Assembly: GCA_951406725.2 (NCBI GenBank)
Contig: OX597826.1
Coordinates: 72,354,001 to 72,418,000, forward strand
Direction of reading: 5' to 3'
DNA from: Octopus vulgaris
Lineage: Eukaryota
Length of the DNA: 64,000 nt
How positions within the stretch are numbered: the stretch's first letter is position 1; each line of letters opens with the position of its first letter. The notes beneath the pieces are model-generated. The model did no database searches, was not told where the DNA came from, and saw nothing but the letters and a program-made list of their open reading frames with translations. A program made the position numbers and the translations under genes. This document shows positions 23,352-36,699 of the stretch, one piece after another.

Positions 23352-24163
23352 GTATCTAGATATGATTTCATTATCAACTTTTTAATTACTATTTGACAAC
23401 CACTTTGGTCTTCCTAACTATATTATTGTACAGGAAGAGTGGCCAATTGGCAAAAATAGTGGTTTTATAGAATTTGGTTCCATTCTGAATTTAAATCCTG
23501 ACTCTGCTTTTCGTTCACCCAAGGTTGAAATTATAAGCACCAGTCATATACTGGTGTCTGTTCAATTGATTCTGCCCTTATCCTACAAATTTGTCGTCTT
23601 GCACTAATTTAAGGATTGCAATCATTGGCAATTTTGTGTTACTGAAAACTGTGTCTTTGGATTCACCTGTAGCACATTCCTATTAGATAAAACCTGTTCA
23701 AGGAACTGACAAACTCTATTGATATTTTATTTTATTATTTCTGTTTTCCAATTAATTATAATCAGAAATATTAAATTTCTAAATGTCTGAAAGAGACATG
23801 AGCGGTAGAAAATGTGTCAAAGCCGACAGGAAGCGTTCAATGCTTCCTAGGGCTAAACAGTGGTGGTGTAATTCCCATACAGGACTGTCACGTTAAGTTG
23901 GCAGTATACAACCACTCCAATTAATTATAAATTAATACAAAAAAGATTTATGGGTGTGTGAATCTTTGGACATCTATCTCAGAGACAAAGCTTGTCACAT
24001 GATATGAGTGATTATTTTAAGAATGTAACTAAAACTTCAACAAGATAGAAGCTGATGAATTTTTAAGGCCTAAACTGTTGTATAAAATGACTAAACCTAT
24101 TTTGGTAAATTTTTTTCTTCAAATAATTCGTTTTTACATTGTTCTGTTTTATTATAATTTCAG

Positions 24164-24290
24164 ATTAGGAGCAAGGATTGCTCAGCGAATCCAAGAACTT
24201 GAGACTTTACCAGCAACGATGCCTGAAGACATGCAAATGAAGGCTATGATTGAACTTAGAGCTCTGAGACTTCTGAATTTCCAAAGACAG
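24164..24290 (+). CDS. SMARCA4: Exon 5: [13 protein letters not shown]...[14 protein letters not shown]
   Basis: ttcag acceptor, cag|gttgag donor, phase 2-0. Confidence 0.95.
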
Positions 24291-25147
24291 GTTGAGTTGT
24301 CTTTCTATCATCTTTTTCTGTTAGGAGTCAGCGTATGATTAGCTGTGTATTGTTCCCTCAAAGCTAATTATGTGTTTTTGTGTAATAAAAACAACAATAA
24401 TTTTTAGTGGTCACAAGGGTTAAACACATAAGATGCAAAATCTGTGAGGATGTATTTATATGTAATATGCAAGTTAGGGGCATGGTGTATTAAAACGGGT
24501 TAAAAAATTTAGTAATACAAAGACAACCCACCCACACAATGATGAGAAGCTGCTACCTAGATAGGATCAGGGTACCTCCTGATTTGAATTGAATCTTCTG
24601 TTCTAGGGCCTATGATCTCACTCATGCGTTATTCATTACCGTTTAATACATTCTGAGGATTTTAGAGCAGCAGTTTCATAAGCTGTTCATGCTTTTGTGA
24701 AAGGTATTTCCAACATAAAATGCATGAAGTAGTTCCTAGTGAAGACTGAACGTGGCCTGTAGACACTGCTTCCACAACCAACCACCACCACCACCATCAC
24801 TACAGTAGCTTGTTAATTGGTCAGGTCATTCGTTATGTAGAATTCTCTGTGGTATTCAGAAATTGGAGGAATTTCTTCATAGTTAGTAGTGGTGAGTGAA
24901 GGGAAAGGACAGAATAAAAGAGATTTTGTTTGCTAATGGAGAATTGAAGGTAGAGACACTTGTCTGCAGTGAGAGAAGGGAGACAGTTTTTGCCTTCTTT
25001 ATATTAATGGGTGACACTTTTCTGGGTTTTGAAGTGTCCTTTTTGTTTTTAATAAAAACACTTGGTCTCGTTATTTAATAAACCACTTTTGAGCATTGGG
25101 ATTTTTGCCCCATGAGTCTAGCAAGAAATTGGGATATGGCAGTTTAT

Positions 25148-25528
25148 GTACACTGTATTAGTTGGACTGGTGTACTCATTTTCATTGTTGATTTCACTAC
25201 GTTTCGGCTGGCTGTTCACTCCAGCCTTCTTCAAGTGTCTTGAGTTGAACTCAGTTGTTGCTTTGGAATTTCGAATCTAATCCTTTATTTGAGCCATGGA
25301 CGTCCACATCTCATTCTATTCCCTGCATTTCCTGACAGTTTTTGCTTCAATTGATTTTCTTGTGAATTATCATTTGTGCCTCGCCTGGGATTGAACACAG
25401 AACCTCTACATGACTGCACTGAATTGACCAATGAAGTGAAAGCAACAATCACTATAAAGATACTAGTCTGACTAATATAAACAGTATACATAATATAAAT
25501 TTCTCATCTCAGAAATATAGAATTGTAT
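25148..25528 (-). mobile_element. Penelope-like remnant with inverted ends and a degenerate hammerhead (25195-25237)
   Basis: Minus strand cac-TTGAAGA-a-ggctgg..ccagcc-GAAAC-GTA-gtg; imperfect terminal inverted repeats; 13-bp flanking direct repeat tatggcagtttat. Confidence 0.6.
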
Positions 25529-25847
25529 TATGGCAGTTTATCTTGTTAATATTTCCATATACAACATCCTGCTTTCCTGAAAGCAATGTATAGCCTATAT
25601 TCTTACATTTGATCATTCTTATTTTAAAACCTGTTGAGTCAGTAACTGTATTACAGCCACCTAATCATCCTCCAGAAAACTACTTTGTGAATTGGTTAAT
25701 TTATTTTAATTATATCTAATGTTGTTAATTCTCTTCTGTTTTTAAAAAAGTTATCTGCATATTTTCAAATGTGTTCCTTGATCTGTTTGTTTATATTTGA
25801 ACATTGCTCATGCAGTTTACTACATTGTCAACCATCTTTCTTTTCAG

Positions 25848-26021
25848 TTAAGACAGGAAGTTGTATCATGTATGCGTAAAGACACCACTCTGGAAACGGC
25901 ACTAAATACAAAAGCTTACAAACGTAGCAAGAGGCAGTCTTTAAGAGAGGCGCGTGTCACTGAAAAATTAGAAAAACAACAGAAAATGGAGCAAGAAAGG
26001 AAGAGACGGCAGAAACACCAG
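25848..26021 (+). CDS. SMARCA4: Exon 6: [20 protein letters not shown]...RRQKHQ
   Basis: 174 nt, phase 0-0, canonical splice sites. Confidence 0.95.
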
Positions 26022-27470
26022 GTCGGTATTTGTTTCTCTATATATATTTTTATGTAAAAATACGAGACTGCTTGGTTCTTTTACCGTTGAAGTATCTGTA
26101 TTTCTTGGCAGTGGGGAAATATGATTTTGGATCACTGTCATCATGTCTGTTTTTCTGTGCATTGTAGTGCCTGTATGCATGTGTGTTTATCTTCAAGCCC
26201 CCATTTTGTAAAGTACATTCTGATGACTTTACTCTGAAGTGATTGAGGTGTCTCATGGCACCCTCTTGCTTATAGAACCATATCACTGCAGACTCTTTTC
26301 CTGCTCGATTTGCTCAATATTAATATTTAAACTCAAATCTCTTGCATTTAACCAGTCCCTCAGCTTGACATTCTCTCCATATCCTGTAATTACTATTAGC
26401 ATCTAGTCTGGCTGTCATATAGAGAAATCTCAGGTTTCTGACAGAGACAGCGATTCTTTAATCTGTTACTAAGATGCCCAAAACCTTTCAACTTCACCTA
26501 TTCATACTTAATTTTACCAGAAAATTTCTTATATTCATAATCTGACAATTTTACTATGAAATATTTATGTTCTCAGAAATTATCTTCTCAGAAATTTTGG
26601 GATGTTTTTTATCAATTTTTTTTAGTACTTATTTTTATAAGGCTTAATTTATTTATTTTTTTGTAAATTATATAAAATCGTATAAGCTTCAGATATTGTA
26701 ATAACAGTTCTGAATTGGAATGTTTTTCGAATGCAGCAAATAAATTAATGTATTCAAGGAAAAACATATTAATTTTAAACTGGATGTTTCAATTTACAAG
26801 TGTGTAAACAATATCAAACAACAGTAGTTAAAACTAAGAGAATGAAATGAAAATTTTTTAATTGGTTCTTTTCAAAAACTTTTAAAACTGAATCCAGTCT
26901 GTCATCACACTGACAGCTATATCCTTTTTATTCCAATTCAAGTGTTCTATATAATAAAGATACAATAAATAAAATAAAAAGGCAGGTAGACTAATCAAAA
27001 TTGAAACATTTTTATCATAAATACAACAATGAGCATTTAGTAAGCTATATAAAATAATATAGGTTAATATCTCATTTGATAATATTATAGTTAAACAAGA
27101 TTTAAGTAGCTTTATATTTCTGAATTTACCTGAGATTAAACAAAAATTCCATAATAGATTTCTGTAAGAACTTTTTATGTTTCAAACTTTCACACCACTT
27201 TAATAATTAAAAAAAAGCTAGTTGTTTTGCAGAACTTGTCTAAATTAACAATTCTTTTAACATTTAATTGTAACATTTGATTAATTATATTTTAGTATAG
27301 TATAGTAATGTAAGGGTTAAACCATATATCATACATTCTCTCTTTTCATCTCTTTACTGTTACTATCACTACATCAGGTACTCATTGATTGTTAGCAAAT
27401 GGACATTTGTTAGAGACAATTAACTATACTAATTAAGTGCTGATATTAATGATTTAAATTATTCTTTCAG

Positions 27471-27644
27471 GAATATTTGAATGCAGTCTTGCAACATGCT
27501 AAAGACTTCAAGGAATTCCATCGCAATATGTCTGTGAAGATTGGCAAGTTGAACAAGGCTGTTATGACTTACCATGCCAACACTGAACGGGAACAAAAGA
27601 AAGAACAAGAAAGAATAGAAAAAGAGCGTATGCGACGCCTTATG
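27471..27644 (+). CDS. SMARCA4: Exon 7: HSA domain ([17 protein letters not shown]...ERMRRLM)
   Basis: 174 nt, phase 0-0, canonical splice sites. Confidence 0.96.
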
Positions 27645-28538
27645 GTAAGTGCCTCCTTCCTTGACTATCTGTACGTGATGAGCCGATGAAGAAGTTCCTA
27701 CTTCAAATCACATCCTAGATTTTTAAAAAGCACCCCTGCTGGCATCACATAAAGGGCACCCATACTAGCACCACGTAAAAGCATCAGTACACTCTGTGAA
27801 CAGGTTGGTGCTAGGAAGGGCATCCATCTGTTCGAAATCATGCCAAAACAGACGACTGGTGCAGCCCTCTAGCTTGCCAGCTCCTGTTGAACTGTTCAGC
27901 CCATGCCAGCATGGAGAATGGATGTTAAATGATGATGATGATGATGATGATGAAATAATGTAATGCTAAATACTCATAGGATCATTTCTCTTCAACAACT
28001 CTGCTCATAAAGTGTGTCCATTGGTTTGATCACAAGGTAAACTTATCCTTAATGGAGTTGTGCTGGAACCCTTCCCAAGAATGCATAAATGATGAAGTGG
28101 ACTTAAAGTCTTGAACCACTCTCTAGCCCTTGTGATTTCAACAGCAGACAAAATATTCATAACTGATTTCTGATCCCCACATCATATGTCTGCCATCATT
28201 GGGTGTATCCAGTTTGTATTTGTGGTGGTTGGAGCCAGCTCAACTCATCCCTGCTGGAAGCTGACACTTTCCTTTGCTTAAGTATTCAAATCAAGTTAAG
28301 ATGATCTTTATCTTAATCATCATCGACAATATTATCAACATTATTCTTATCAACTTTCAAGAACTTGTAAATTTGTTCTGACTGAAAGCCTTAGGCCAGC
28401 TTTGATCCCTCCTTGGAATGGTCTCATTTGGAAAACACAGGGCACCACAGCTTCCTTGAAAATCTTTTTTTTTCTTCCTTTGGTTTATATGATTTCATTG
28501 TGAGTAAGGATTTTAATTCTCCTCTTTTACTGTTTCAG

Positions 28539-28712
28539 GCTGAAGATGAAGAAGGCTACAGGAAACTTATTGATCAGAAGAAAGATAAGCGTTTGGCCTA
28601 TTTACTACAGCAAACTGATGAATACGTGTCTAATCTAACAAAACTTGTTGTACAACATAAGATCGAACAAAAGAAAAATAAAAAGAAGAAGAAGAAAAAG
28701 AAGAAGGCTACT
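28539..28712 (+). CDS. SMARCA4: Exon 8: post-HSA ([29 protein letters not shown]) plus poly-Lys
   Basis: 174 nt, act|gtgagt donor. Confidence 0.95.
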
Positions 28713-30504
28713 GTGAGTACCTTTAAGAAAATGTTAAGACAATGATTTCTATTCACCGCCCATCAATGGTCTTTCCATGTTTCTGTTTTGCTTCGACATC
28801 AGTCTACTTGACTGACAATAAGTACTGCACATTGGCTTTACAGCTGAGTGGTTAGTAGAAGAAATGCTGTGACAGATATTTCTGTGTAACAAGATTGGTA
28901 AACAATACCTCCTGATCTTGCTAGCATGGAAATTATTATTGTGAGCTATAACAGAATATATCATTGTTTTAACGTCCACTTTTTTTTTGTTTGCATGAGT
29001 CAGATGGAATTTGCTGAGGCAGATTTTGTATGGTTGGACGCCCTTCCTGGTGCCTGTTGCCAACCTGCATCTGTTTCCAAGCAAAGTAACATTTCTTCAT
29101 GGCTGAATATCTTCTCATGGTAGATTTTATTTCATTTCATTTCATTTGAGTTTGAGTCCATGCTCAGGCCAAGTCGAAGACTCCACCCTCAGAGTCTGGT
29201 GTGGTTGCCAGGTTGTATTCTCTGTTTAATTTTGACATGTGTAGGAGCGAGTTTGAGTCAGTTTGTGCTCGTTGTGTATATCCTGGGAGATGGGGTTCAT
29301 CTCTAATGGTGCTTAAGTATCTATCCAGCTGCAATGAACAGCACCACTTGTATGCTGGTCACTCTTGTCCACAAATGTCATGTGATGTCAAAAGAAGGTG
29401 ACACAAACTCATACTTGTATACAAGTTTCTTTCTGTCTCCATCTACCTGATCCACTCACATGGCTTTGTTTGGCCCAAGGCTATAGGAGAAGAACATTTT
29501 CCCAGGGTACCATGCAGTGGGACTAATCCTGAAACTGTGCTGTGGAAGGGAACTTCTTATCTCTACAGCCATCCTTGTGCCTATTAACGATTTAGATAGA
29601 CACAGGCGTGGCTGTGTGGTTAAAAAGCTTACTTCCCAACCAAGTGGTCTTGGGTTCAGTCCCAGCATATGATACTTTGGATAAGTGTTTTGCTACTATA
29701 GCCCTAGGCTAACCAAAGCCATGTGAATGGATTTGGTAGGCTGCAACTGAAAGAAAATTGTATACGTGGGTGTGGGTGTGTACCTTGGTTGTAAATGAGC
29801 ATCACTGTCATACAAGCAGTATTGTTTGTTTTTAGTCTTCCATGGAGAAATATGTGTGACCATGGGAAATATTAATGTACTTGGATAAAGATGAGGGTTA
29901 GCAACAGGGAGGGCATCCAGTCATAGAAAATCTACCTCATTAAATTCCATCTGATTCATGTAAGCCTGGAAATGTAGATGTTAAATGATGACAATGTTAT
30001 TCTAAAGACCTTTGATTTATGAAATTTAATTAGGAAAAACCAGTTGAATTGGTATTTTATATAAGTATGCTCAAATTAAATGATGCAATGTCAGCAACTG
30101 TAATGCTCATACTCTACAAATAAGATGAATAGAAGGGGGGAAAAAAGGACTACTTTGATGATTCCTTGACAGAGGACATGACAAAAGTGATGAGTATGGA
30201 AAATTGATGTTAAAATGATGATGATGATGATAATTTATGCAATTTGCTTAATGAGATGCGCAAACTTTTATCTTTTCTTATTTAATTAGTTATTATGAGA
30301 ATGATAGACAGCAGTAGTAAAGATTCATTTTCTACTAATATTTGATAAAAGAATGGAAATATCTATGATATTAATGTGGTTAATGTGCAGTTTCTACAGG
30401 AGCTTTTTTTTTTTTTTTGAGGGGTTGGAGTATTTGATGGAGTGTCAGAAAGGTTCATAGATGCATAAGTTATATGTGGGAATGGCATATAATTGATATG
30501 ATTA

Positions 30505-30780
30505 TGTGGCCGTTGCCAGCCTCTCCTGGCCCCCGTGCTGGTGGCACGTAAAAAGCACCATCCATCCGTGGCCGTTTGCCAGCTCCGTCTAGCACCTGTG
30601 CGGGTGGCATGTAAAAAGCACCCACTACACTCGCAGAGTGGTTGGCGTTAGGAAGGGCATCCGTCTGTAGAAACACTGCCAGATCAGACTGGGCCTGATG
30701 CAGCCTTCTGGCTTCACAGACCCCAGTTGAACCGTCCAACCCATGCTTGCATGGAAAGCGGACGCTAAATGATGATGATG
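30505..30780 (+). mobile_element. (GAT)n-tailed RTE-type repeat (older copies near 27740-27953, 48070-48266, 50120-50245, 61560-61655 minus)
   Basis: Same family. Confidence 0.82.
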
Positions 30781-31086
30781 GAAATGATGGAAACCATTAA
30801 AGCAGTGGTAAAAGAGACACAATATAAATGGTGAATCTGTTGGGTTTTGCTCATTCCTGCATAGCTTTTCCTTTGGTGTAATATAGAATTATCTAGAAGT
30901 TGCCATATGTATCAGCAATGAAATAAATGTAATACATGTTAAACTGGAGGTAATGGATGAGAAAACATAAAACCATAAGTAAGCTATGAAATTGTGTATT
31001 CAAAGCCAGTGTTGCTTTTTGTTTTCAGTGAGTAAACTTGATTTTTGGAAGAATTATTTCAACAATAACTTTTATTTCTTTTTCAG

Positions 31087-31119
31087 GATTCTGATAATCC
31101 TGACAATTTAAAAGAAGCT
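31087..31119 (+). CDS. SMARCA4: Exon 9: 33-nt microexon DSDNPDNLKEA
   Basis: Strong polypyrimidine tract plus tttcag, gct|gtaagt donor, phase 0-0, open frame. Confidence 0.8.
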
Positions 31120-31361
31120 GTAAGTGTGTGGTTTCATTTATTTTTATTTCAAATTGATCATTATTAGCAATTTAGAATAATATAAATCTGTTGTAAATTA
31201 TCATTTACTCTCCATATCATTGAAATCTTTTCATTTTTTTATGCCATCTTTGTGTTATTTCCCAAGTTGTCCAAGCAACAGAGGAATCCAATTATAGAGT
31301 CAAACCAATAGGTGCTTTTATAACTTAATATGTTCCACATACACAAGAAATACAAGCTTTC

Positions 31362-31589
31362 TTAACCCTTTCATGACCAACCTGGCTGAAGCCGGCTCTG
31401 GCTCTGAGCATAAATGTCTTGTTTTCATAAGTTTTGAATTACAATCTTCCACCAAACCTTAGTCACAACTTATGTTCCTAACACTAGCTGAGTGATAACT
31501 AAGTTATTTTACTAAATTCTTTGTTATATTTAAAGTAATTGAAAGAAACACAGAACATCTCAAAATAAATACAGTAACGAAAGGGTTAA
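31362..31589. mobile_element. piggyBac-like MITE family A
   Basis: TTAA TSD and CCC/GGG termini; near-identical to 38439-38665. Confidence 0.88.
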
Positions 31590-32364
31590 ATGTTAGTGTA
31601 TTCACTGTTGAAATTTTTATCATGTATATATAAAAAAAAAGTGACTAGCACTAACTGTTAATGTAAACAAATTACTAATGACTTGTTAACATTAAATTTA
31701 GTTAAGTCATTAACTAAATGCAAGAACATTCAATGAGTAAAAATACTAATGTTAATAGAACAAATATGGCCATTTTGTTGATTTTCTTAAAAAATGACTT
31801 GCCTGGGATAAATGTAAGTCATTAGTAACATTTCATTTGCTTTAGTTAAGGAATACTAGTAACTCTTTTTATATACAAGTGATAAAGTTCCAACAGTTAA
31901 TAATGCTGACAGCTAAGAAAGCTTGTAGTGTTTGATGATTGCTTAATAGACAAAAATGTCAGTGTTCAGTAATCTCCAATCTGTTCCATTGTGGAAGATA
32001 ATGATTCCACATGCTTAACATGAGAGAAAAGGCAGAATTTATCCATTCATCACAATATATTGCTTTTACCTTCACTGTGTGTTCTGGTGAGCTGGCAGTT
32101 AAATTTGTCACTGTTTAAATGCTGAATTGCTACCCTCTGGATTGATTTAAATCCAGATATGTTTATTAGCATTCTAACTGGCTATTCTGTGGTCAGAATG
32201 ATGAGTTAAATTATAGAATTTCTAACATGTGGCCTGCAACAATTGAAAATGTTATTGGATTGGTTTTGAATAAAAAGAAAATTTTATTTTGTTCTGTATT
32301 TACTCATATGGCTTTGTGTGCTTGTATTATACTAATATAATTGTTTTGTGTTACACTTTTATAG

Positions 32365-32495
32365 CTTATAGATGAGACTTCAACAGCCAGTGAAACAAGA
32401 ATTAGTGTTCTTGAAACAAGTACAGGTAAAATATTGTCTGGAGAAGAAGCACCTCTTTCTAGTCAAATTGAAACCTGGTTAGAACAACATCCTGG
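32365..32495 (+). CDS. SMARCA4: Exon 10: BRK domain (LIDETSTASETRISVLETSTGKILSGEEAP...WLEQHPG)
   Basis: atag acceptor, gg|gtaagt donor, phase 0-2. Confidence 0.93.
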
Positions 32496-32613
32496 GTAAG
32501 TGAATCTGTTATTATAATTTGCCTTTGTTGTTGTATTGAGTATTATTGTAGTTGTTGTTTAGCTATAAGCTAACTTTTCCATTTGTTATAACAAAATTTC
32601 TGTTTGTATTCAG

Positions 32614-32677
32614 CTTCGAAGTTGCTCCACGTGAAGAAGGGGAGTCAGATGATGATGATGATGATGATTCAGATGAG
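32614..32677 (+). CDS. SMARCA4: Exon 11: FEVAPREEGESDDDDDDDSDE
   Basis: Phase 2-0, gag|gtaagt donor. Confidence 0.92.
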
Positions 32678-33022
32678 GTAAGTATCTTTTAGTATTGATA
32701 TAAGTCTTACTAAATACTGCAATGTATTTTCACTCAACCCATGCACACTTAAACTTATTTATCTTTCTCTGCATCTCTTGTTAATGAGCTTCTGCACAGT
32801 TTCTGTGTATCTTTGGCAGAAGATATTTGTAAGAAGATACAATGGTATAAAATTTGGCACTGTGTACCCTGCTGAGCCAACTTCTTGACCATACAGTTAT
32901 ATTTGTGCTCTATGTTAGAAATTATTAATTACCTACTGAAAGATAGAGAGAGGGGTAGGGGTCCTTAGGGTTTCATGCTTCTAAAACATGCCTTCATTGA
33001 ATTAACTTTTTGTTTCTTACAG

Positions 33023-33072
33023 GAAGAAGATGATAAGCCAAAACTACCAGGAAATCCAGAGTTACCTCCATC
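33023..33072 (+). CDS. SMARCA4: Exon 12: EEDDKPKLPGNPELPPS
   Basis: tacag acceptor, tc|gtaagt donor; needed to bridge phase 0 to phase 2. Confidence 0.88.
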
Positions 33073-34167
33073 GTAAGTAGAATTTGTTAGGAAGTTTACT
33101 GACACCATCATGTTTTGAGAGACTTGTTAGATTTCTAATAAATCTTGTTTAAGTAAGTTTTAATGTAATATTTCATTCCTCCTTACTTTCTGCACCTGTG
33201 CATGAAACTGTGCAGATTCCTTGAACAGAAACCCCCAAAACATCCAAGGCCCTCCTTGTCACCTTCAACAGTGCATTCATACAATCACTACACACTTTTC
33301 ACTTTTCAAGTAAACAATATTGTACTTGAACAGCACACACACACACACAACTAGGACCCTCAAATTTCCAAAGATTTCTACAGATGCTAGTCCTCAATAT
33401 ATCACTGATATCTCCTAGCAATCTCATATTCTCAACATAGCAAAGACTGGCCTTTTCTGCTCCCAAAACTATTAACTCCCCACAAAAAAATCCTTCACTA
33501 TAGAGAGTATGATTTCCACATGTGGTATGGTTTTGTTGCTACACATGTAGACATCCTACATTGCCTCCAAGACAAAAAAGGGGTATATGTCATACAGAAT
33601 GTATAACACCAATTCCAGCGCTGATACAATTGTCTTTCAGTTTTTTCAATCCCTTCTAGAGAAGCTCCTGTTCTTTGGAACTTGTTGGCTGGTCTCATGT
33701 TTGCACTTTGGTATTCCTGATTGACTCGTTCTCCACTTACCTTCCACACACCATGTCCCCCAATCAAACTGTGCACTAAACTCCTAAACAAAGTCCTTCC
33801 TCTCTTGGACATTGTCTCTCTGGAATATCCTATCTTCTCAGTGTTATTCCTACTGCTGTCAGCATGCAGCTGTTCTAGAAGAACCTAAACATGTCGGTCT
33901 TACCAGTCTTGGAATACTTACAAAAGCTGTGGGTACAGTCCCTTCTTCTTGATCAAGCCAATGAAAAGAAATATATTTATGGGTGACTAAGCAGTGTTTT
34001 CTGTATTGGTGTTAATACTGTTTAACTTTAAGGTCAACTTTAAGTAAATCTATGATCAAAAGCTTGCTAGAGTTGTTGCTAGTTGATGGGAGGTAAAGAT
34101 TTTCTGCAAACAACTCCTGAATTAAATTTTGAAACTTCTATCTTAAATAATTTTAAGGTAATTGCAA

Positions 34168-34378
34168 GCTAATGAGGGAGCATCTACATGGTCTCTCAAC
34201 CTGTTAGAAATAGCAACCAAATCTCCCTCAAACTATGTTCTACTCTTTTAAAAGAAGAGTACATTGTTAATGTCATCTGAGGTGCACTATGCCTGAAGAA
34301 AAATATAGAATGGTCATGACTGGAATGCTTTTGATCATAGATCTACTGGATCAAGACTGACCTGGGGCTAAACAAGAA
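34168..34378 (+). repeat. Old interspersed repeat (copies near 17720-17792, 51030-51215, 51315-51510, 62935-63150)
   Basis: Shared atggtcatggctggaatgcttttgatcataggtct...gctaaacaa. Confidence 0.7.
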
Positions 34379-34531
34379 AATTGCCAGAATAATTCAGTGA
34401 AGAAACTGGATATTAAAAGTTGATTTATTCAATAAGTTTGATAGAATCTTTGTAGTCTAGATTAAGATTAAACAAACTGTGTCTACTAATTCTATGTGAC
34501 TAAACCTCTTGATATTGTTTGTCTATTTCAG

Positions 34532-34655
34532 TACGCAAGATGATGATGAATATCGTAATGATCTTACCAACTACTACACTATTGCTCACAGTGTCCGTGA
34601 AATTATTACCGAGCAAGCATCTATGTTAATTAATGGTAAACTGAAAGAATATCAG
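34532..34655 (+). CDS. SMARCA4: Exon 13: TQDDDEYRNDLTNYYTIAHSV...GKLKEYQ
   Basis: Phase 2-0; Q motif of the SNF2 ATPase. Confidence 0.95.
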
Positions 34656-35382
34656 GTATGATAATTCTAAAAAGAAATTCCTTGATTCTTTTAATTTCTC
34701 CATTGGAAGTTGAGAAAAATTAGTACTATTTGAGTACTGGGTCAATGTAATTAACTTGCACCTCTCTTGAAATTGCTGGCTTTGCCAGAATTTGAAAGCA
34801 ATATATTTATAGTCTTGACTATAAAGTCACAGGGTCAAACTTTGATACAAACATGTAACTCTGCTTGCCTCAATAAAACAAACTGAAGTGAGCAGAGTTT
34901 CACTCTTACTTAATAGTGGAAGGTTTAGCATTATTTAAAGTGCCATGGTAACTTGATAAGAACAGTCTAATTTCTAATTTCATCAATACATAAGCAAACT
35001 TAGGCCATTCTGTTATGATGGTTGAAAATCAAAAATGTCAGAGTTTGATGAAAGTCTCTATCTAGAACCTTTTAATCTTGTTTCATGACCAAGGCTTACT
35101 TCTTATTTTCAATTCTTTTTTAATAATAATATTCTCAACATATATTTGATGGCATTTAAGATGCACCTTTCATCCAAGAAAATGTCTCAAAACCTCACTC
35201 TGGTCCTATATGCAAAGTTGGGCATCCCATAAGTTTTAATGCACTAAAAACTTTTTCTCCCCCTGAGTATGCATTGCTGGATCTGGGGTGTGTCTATCTT
35301 GTATGCTATCAAATATGGTATGTCAATTGATGGAATCAGTTTGTTACATTCTTGAAATGTTCTGCTCTAAACTATTTTTCAG

Positions 35383-35546
35383 GTTAAAGGCTTGGAATGG
35401 TTGGTTTCGTTGTATAATAACAACCTAAATGGTATTTTAGCCGATGAAATGGGTCTTGGCAAAACTATTCAGACCATCGGACTCATTACATATCTTATAG
35501 AGAAAAAGAAAGTTAATGGACCTTTTCTGATCATCGTTCCACTCTC
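35383..35546 (+). CDS. SMARCA4: Exon 14: Walker A ([20 protein letters not shown])
   Basis: Read directly from the sequence; phase 0-2. Confidence 0.97.
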
Positions 35547-36521
35547 GTAAGAACTCATTTTCTCATTGTTGTATTGAAAAACTTTGATAAACTTTATGCA
35601 TTTATGTCAATGTAGTAATGCTTTTACAGACCAAAGTGGTTGATAACATTATGTAATGATCACTAACTATATATAACTATCCTAACTGTAAATACAAAAT
35701 TTTCAGTTAACACCTTCATGGACAAATTGTTGGCAACACTTTGTAATAATCACTGTAAATACTATTCTTGGGTTAACTTGTTTTATAGAACATATAAAAA
35801 AAAACACACATTCTATGAATTTCCTTCAAACTGCAATTGTCTTCATCTTTAATGAAATGTCTCACTTCATAAAATGTTTCATTAATATGTCACAGGTTAT
35901 ATCATGCTGACAATTTCCAAAAAGAATGAAACAGTACTATTCATGATTATCACTGACTAAAAATTTTAAAAGTGTGTAATAAGTAGGAAAAAAAAGTAAT
36001 TAAGTGTTTTCTATGCATTTTTTCTTTATAATTCTATGATTTCAAATTCCTAATCCCAACAAATGTTATGAAGAAAGGATTATTTCTCTTGTAATAACTG
36101 TGACCACTATGGAAAGGCACATGTTATTTATATCATAGTAAAAATGAAAAATGACTGACATTTTGACTCAGCAATTAGTAGGTAATTTTACTACAAATAA
36201 GACTTGGTAATTTGTTTGGTTTAACAAACTGTTGTGTTTTAGAGAGAATATATGTATTTTCTGGTAGATTTGTTACTATCATATTTTTTGGCATACACAT
36301 CAGTGTAGTATATAATGTAAACATGAAGTGTAAATGTTCAAACTTCCTCACTATCTTCCCAAATCCTTCTGCATTCTATGTAGAAGTTTTGGTTCTCGAA
36401 AGTTGTCTTGGTGTATAAGTCCTTTGTAAAAATTGGTCTGAAAAATTTGATTTGTATGCTGGAAAATATGGTGCATAAATATTCTTGTTTGTAAAATCTT
36501 GTATTTGGTTTTATTTGGCAG

Positions 36522-36699
36522 GACATTATCCAATTGGATGTTGGAATTTGACAAGTGGGCCCCTAGTGTTATTAAAGTAGCTTATAAAGGTTCTCCGAAC
36601 ATGCGCCGTACTCTAACACCCCAATTAAAAGCTGGTAAATTCAATTCTCTGTTGACAACTTATGAATATATTATGAAAGATAAAGCAATTTTATCAAAG
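36522..36699 (+). CDS. SMARCA4: Exon 15: [16 protein letters not shown]...[17 protein letters not shown]
   Basis: Phase 2-0. Confidence 0.96.

Noticed and set aside
28669-28706. Poly-lysine run containing AATAAA
   Set aside because: A Lys run after post-HSA is a normal BRG1/BRM feature; nothing indicates the hexamer is used.
25848-28712. Three consecutive exons of exactly 174 nt
   Set aside because: No sequence similarity among them, so not exon duplication; probably ancestral intron positions plus chance.
33200-33960. Possible minus-strand LINE fragment (ORF 33498-33812); similar weak hints at 21310-21492 and 59000-59890
   Set aside because: No diagnostic RT or endonuclease motif could be read with confidence.
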